DNA from: Macrostomum lignano
Taxonomy: Eukaryota
Reading direction: 5' to 3'
Assembly (NCBI GenBank): GCA_002269645.1
Contig: NIVC01003979.1
Coordinates: 1-35,798 of the forward strand
Length of the DNA stretch: 35,798 nt
Under the pieces are notes generated by a model that saw nothing but the letters and a program-made list of their open reading frames with translations, ran no database searches and was not told where the DNA came from. Shown here in pieces: positions 31,201 through 35,798 of the stretch. Both the position numbers and the translations under genes were made by a program. Position 1 is the first letter of the stretch; each line of letters opens with the position of its first letter.

Positions 31201-34200
31201 TACCTCTCCCCTACCTCTCCCCTACCTCTCCCCTACCTCTCCCCTACATCTCCCCTACCTCTCCTCTACTTCTCCCCTACCTCTCCCCTACCTCTCCCTA
31301 ACTCTCCCCTACCTCTCCCCTACCTCTCCCCTATCTCTCCCCTACCTCTCCCCTACATCTCCCCTACATCTCCCCTACCTCTCCCCTACATCTCCCCTAC
31401 ATCTCCCCTACATCTCCTCTACCTCTCCCCTACCTCTCCCCTACCTCTCCCCTACATCTCCCCTACCTCTCCCCTACATCTCCCCTACCTCTCCCCTACC
31501 TCTCCCCTACCTCTCCCCTAACTCTCCCCTACCTCTCCCCTATCTCTCCCCTACCTCTCCCCTACATCTCCCCTACATCTCCCCTACATCTCCTCTACCT
31601 CTCCCCTACCTCTCCCCTACCTCTCCCCTACCTCTCCCCTACCTCTCCCCTACCTCTCCCCTACATCTCCTCTACCTCTCCCCTACCTCTCCCCTACCTC
31701 TCCCCTACATCTCCCCTACCTCTCCCTACATCTCCTCTACCTCTCCCCTACATCTCCCCTACCTCTCCCCTACATCTCCCCTATCTGTCCCCTACCTCTC
31801 CCCTACCTCTCCCTATCTGTCCCTATCTGTCCCCTATATTTCCCTTATCTCTCCCCTATCTCTCCCCTTTTTTTACCTTATCTCCCCTATCTTTCCCTTA
31901 TCTCCTCTATCCTTCCGGTTCCCTACCTCTCCCCTCTTTTCCCTCTCTCTCCTCTATCTACGATCTCTCCTCATCTCTACTCAATCCAATCCCCTCTCCT
32001 CCAACCCTCTCTCGCAGACTGCTCACCTCCATCTCATCCGATCCCCGCCTGTCGTACAGGGTGACGGCCAGCTCGGTGCCGCAGCCGAACACGGAGCCGT
32101 CCGCAAGCAGCGGCAGCAGGTGATAAGCGGCATCGCCGCAGGCGGCCGTCACGGTGACGCGAAGCGGACGAGATTTTGCTCGCAACGCGGACGTCTCCGC
32201 GTCCAGTTTGGCCTTGTAGCGAGTGTTGTCATTGGCAACCGCCCGCTGCTGGGGACTCGTCATGTCCGACTCGAAGTCGTAGTAAGCTGATTGAATGATG
32301 TAAAGAATAGTAAAAAGAGTGGCTGGATTGTTGTGTCGTGGCAAGGAGCCCGTAAAAGGGCCGTTTTTCTGACTAACTAAAAAGGGGTATTTTTTCCTAC
32401 TACTCTACTTAAAGTAGTGCAGTTCATAAATCATTCGTATAATGTATTTTGGAATCACGTGACATTTTGGGGTTTCTAATTTATTGATTGTGTAATAATT
32501 TATTGTTGGATGTCAAATATAAGCGCGGGTTGTCCTAAGGGAGCTCTTGTTCTTGTTTACCGGCAAAAGTCTTACCTGCCTAAGTACTCGTTTGTTTTTC
32601 CTGTGTTAGTCTATCGAGACACCACATGGATACTCGTAGTTAGCGAATCAGCAGGTGACTTTGGAAACTGTACATCTGCTCTGAATTTCTCATACACCTT
32701 TATTCCTTCTTTCCTTGGGAGGAAAGCGTTGACCCTTCATAGGCTCTGTAATAAGCTCTTTAAGTCTTGCGCCACTCAAGTCAAGAACTCGCTTTGAAAT
32801 CATTGCTGCAAAAATTCTGTATGAAACTTTGCGGCATCTTTGTTTGGGTTTTCCAATTTGGAAGCTGCAGACATCTGACCCATTCTGACGCTTAAAAGAC
32901 ACCAGAAACGTCGCCACCGGGGTGACAGGGGGACAGGGGCCAATGCTTTGCCCGCCACCCCACCTTTGTTGACCTGTTATGGAAATCAATAATTTTGCTT
33001 CAGGGCAACAAAAATGTGCCTACGGCGCTAAAATGAGTGCCTGTGGCGCTAAAATGAGTGCCTGTGGCGCTAAAATGAGTGCCTGTGGCGCTAAAATGAG
33101 TGCCTGTGGCGCTAAAATGAGTGCCTGTGGCGCTAAAATGCGTGCCTGCGGCGCTAAAATGAGTTCTTGTGGCGCTAAAATGAGTGCCTGTGGCGCTAAA
33201 CTGCGTGCCTGCGGCGCTAAAATGAGTGCCTGCGGCGCTAAAATGAGTGCCTGTGGCGCTAAAATGATCGCTGACAACACCGATTCTGAAAATAATGTAC
33301 ATTTAGGAATTTAGTCGCGTACATGAACATGCAGAATTCTTGGCTTTGTCCCCCCCACCATAAAATCCATGGCGAAGCCCCTGAAAGACACCCAGTTCAA
33401 AGTTCAACACACGAAGTTGGCTAGATCAAGGCACCTAAAAATCTCGAAGACTTGATACGAGTTGAGTAGAGTTTTTCAATTTGAGTACTTCAATCTCACC
33501 TTTAGCATATTCCTGGAATTCGTTGGCGCCCCCAATCAGGACACCTTTGCCGCCTTGGTTCACCAGCTCTCGCCACACGATAGGGGATTTGTACTGATGC
33601 CAGCCGCGCTCCTCGCAGCACTGACGGGACCAGTCCTGGCGAAATAAAATGGCCAATGCAGACTTCTTTTGGCTTAAACAGAATTTTATATCAAAGTTTA
33701 TAGAAGGACCCGCCAATTGTGTAAATTCACAGTATTTTACAACAAGGTGCGCCCACCTAGTTTATAAATCTATGTAAATTTATTGAGCGTCGCTTCTTTC
33801 AATTTTTTTCTTGACAAACTTGTAAGTTCAACTCGAACAAAACGCATAGTCTTTTTTCGTTTTGTTTGAATTCGGAAGTCCAGAAGGTGACATGGCTATT
33901 GTGAGTTTTGACGATTTTCTCACCGGCCATTCCTCTGGAGTTTTCACGATCTTCGTCAATTTGAAGGCTGGCAAATTCTTGGCTAAATAATCGGCCAGTA
34001 GTTCTACTCTGGCATAGTACGGACAGTCTGATGAGCCTAAAATGTATTATTTTGTTTTTATGTTTGATGATGTGCGGCGTAAATATCCTTTATGCAAAAT
34101 CAGTTAGTGACGAAAATTCAATGATTACTCGTATTAGCAAAGTATGATTGAATATTTTGAATACATTTATAAAAGGATACGAATCACTAAATTTTTACAT

Positions 34201-34285
34201 AATTTACATCAATTTTTGGATATATATGGCATTACTGAGTATTCGCAACTGAGAAAAACTTACCAGCAATAACAATTTTTGCCAT
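25207..34285 (-). CDS. MDH1B: Putative malate dehydrogenase 1B (MDH1B)
   Basis: Exons 34285-34264, 34036-33924, 33635-33500, 32286-32027, 28039-27777, 27225-26687, 26330-26200, 25251-25207; phases all join (last intron GC-AG). [30 protein letters not shown]...[33 protein letters not shown]...DLVIWGD...[24 protein letters not shown] closely follows vertebrate MDH1B as I recall it. Confidence 0.93.
25295..26186. repeat. Perfect 16-bp satellite (ACATCGGGATCAGGTG) x~55
   Basis: No variant unit seen across ~890 bp. Confidence 0.98.
26402..26667. repeat. 33-bp minisatellite x8 (GTGGGAGAACTCAGTCACATTGGTACAGGATCA)
   Basis: Fills most of the MDH1B intron 26331-26686. Confidence 0.96.
27385..27525 (+). 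mobile_element. Dispersed hairpin element, copy D
   Basis: CCCCAAGGCACAG..GTGTACATGCCTAACGATAAATAAAGTTAGGGCCGCTGTACACTCCTGTGTGAG...CTCAGGGGAGTCGGCGGAATGGGCAG. Confidence 0.68.
28103..28265. mobile_element. MITE-like element with GGGGCGTAGCCAG terminal inverted repeats
   Basis: GGGGCGTAGCCAG (28103-28115) vs CTGGCTAAGCCCC (28253-28265), 12/13 match; interior GGCGCCCCTGGTGCTAAAG repeats. Confidence 0.62.
28600..31950. repeat. ~3.3-kb 11-bp minisatellite (CCTCTCCCCTA, ~300 units) in MDH1B intron 4
   Basis: Continuous array with recurrent CATC/AACT/TATC/CTCT variant units. Confidence 0.98.
33023..33266. repeat. 21-bp minisatellite (TGAGTGCCTGTGGCGCTAAAA) x~12
   Basis: Tandem units visible; source of the MSACGAK ORF. 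Confidence 0.95.
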
Positions 34286-34689
34286 ATTTATCCCGCCTTT
34301 TAATTGCTTGCAAGTAGAAGCGAAAACAAAAACTAAGCCTAGGCCCCTAACCGTTTCTTGGAAGTTGCCATGACTCCCTAAAAAGTCAAAAAAATCAAAA
34401 TGCAATGAGCAGAAAATCAAATTTTAATCTGCATATATAAATTGTTTTATTGCATTTTAATTAAAGCGAAATTTAGCACAGTTAACAACACTAAAAAATG
34501 GAATACTATCGAGGAAAGACATAATATACGAATGACTAATTCGCGCTATTCAAATCTGGACACATTGGCATCTTTTTTCTTCCCCGAAATTGGCTGATTT
34601 AGCCTGATTAGCCTTGCCTTGCCTAGATTGCTCTTGTATCAACCCGGCATTTGTTCGTTAATGTTCGTTCGTTAACTGCTTTTGTAGGT

Positions 34690-35090
34690 CCATGGCTTGG
34701 CAGCGTGCAAAATCTTGTTGCCAAAGGCAAGTACTCACGAAGCTTTGACGTACCTATGCAAAAAATTTTGGACAGACTGCAGACAAACTTTCTGATCATC
34801 AGCTGCCATGTTGTTGAAAAGGTGTCTGGCTGACTCTCAATACGCAGCTGGTAGGGTGATAGCTGAATTATAATGTCTGTCTCATCTACCGTCCAAAACT
34901 TTTCGGCCTTCGGGCAGACTTTGCTGCTTGACGAAGCGCAGAAGCCATTGCTTCATGATATTGGTGAGCTCATTGTATAGCTCCTGTATATGACATCCCT
35001 CCTGATAGAAGAGGAGCTCTAACTGCTGAAGCAGCTTTAAAAGCTTAGCTAGGATTAGGAAGCAGAGAAAGAACTCGATCTTAGAGTCTC
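34690..35090 (-). pseudogene. Decayed DNA-transposase (hAT-like) fragment
   Basis: Hand translation gives DSKIEFFLCFL...ELLFYQEGCHIQELYNELTNIMKQWLLRFVKQQSL, then a stop, then KFVCSLSKIFCIGTSKLREYLPL(G)NKIL with a frameshift. This recalls the C-terminal half of hAT-type transposases; from memory only. Confidence 0.45.
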
Positions 35091-35798
35091 CAGAGTGCCT
35101 TTGATGCTTGAATTTTTGGGGACATTATGCTTGGATGGCTTTACTTAAATGAAGTAAAGATATTCATTCAATTCAATCAAAGGAAAATGCATAGCTTTCA
35201 AAACACAAAGGTCTCATTTCCTATCGTTTATAAATTGGTTTGTTATTAGACATTACAATACCATTATTATTCAATTTATTTGAAAAGTAAAGTTTATTTG
35301 AGATAATTAGAAAGATATTTTGAATTGTAAGTTATTCAATGCCTTGCTTTAGATTCAAACTTTGGATGAAAGTAAATACACATGCTGCAAATTGTTGTAA
35401 ATAAAATTTTGCATTCATAGCAGTCTTATATAGAGATTTGGCACATGGAAAAGAAAAATGCATTTTAAATATTATAAAATAAATATGTTATAGAATGTAT
35501 GTATGTTATAATATGTCAATTTAAGCATAGAAGATACACAAAACATTGAAGTATAGAATGCAAACACTGAACACCAAACATAAAATTTAAATACAAAAAC
35601 TGGAACATTGGAAAGTGTAGCATTCAATTCAGAATATACAGACAGTGGTAGAATGCAGGAGTAGGGTCGCCTTTTGAGTCCCAGAAAAGTTTTTGAACCA
35701 AACTATTTTTAAAGAGACTTGTAAATCATAGATACAAATTATTTATTTGTTAGGAAATTTTTTGCAGGCTCAAACTAGGGCCTAAAAACATTTATAAA

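Noticed and set aside
55-33266. Tandem arrays as CRISPR arrays
   Set aside because: Units are head-to-tail with no unique spacers, there are no cas genes, and the context is spliced eukaryotic genes.
2013-33314. Long repetitive ORFs in the track ([55 protein letters not shown] and others)
   Set aside because: They are translations of intronic or intergenic minisatellites, open in several frames and strands at once, with no splice or codon support.

Overview
Eukaryotic (animal) genomic DNA, not prokaryotic: GC-rich exons are split by GT-AG introns, and almost every intron carries its own minisatellite. The style suggests a flatworm such as Macrostomum, but this is an inference and was not verified. 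I reconstructed six spliced genes by hand. (1) A neprilysin/M13-like type II membrane protein (minus, 909-6053, 3' end outside the window) whose HExxH motif reads HEILQ. (2) A SKOR/Fussel-type Ski-family co-repressor (plus, ~11006-13414) ending in an eh1/octapeptide-like motif. (3) A 583-aa PH + acidic/Tyr linker + two PDZ-like adaptor (minus, 15704-19520). (4,5) Two head-to-head, protein-identical copies of an unrecognised 118-aa secreted 8-Cys protein inside a ~3-kb palindrome (21580-24603). (6) An MDH1B orthologue (minus, 25207-34285) with a probable GC-AG last intron. The rest is ~20 tandem arrays, several MITE/foldback-like elements, a four-copy ~170-bp dispersed hairpin element and a decayed transposase fragment. 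Most long ORFs in the supplied track are translations of tandem repeats. All homology calls are from recalled family motifs; no searches were run.
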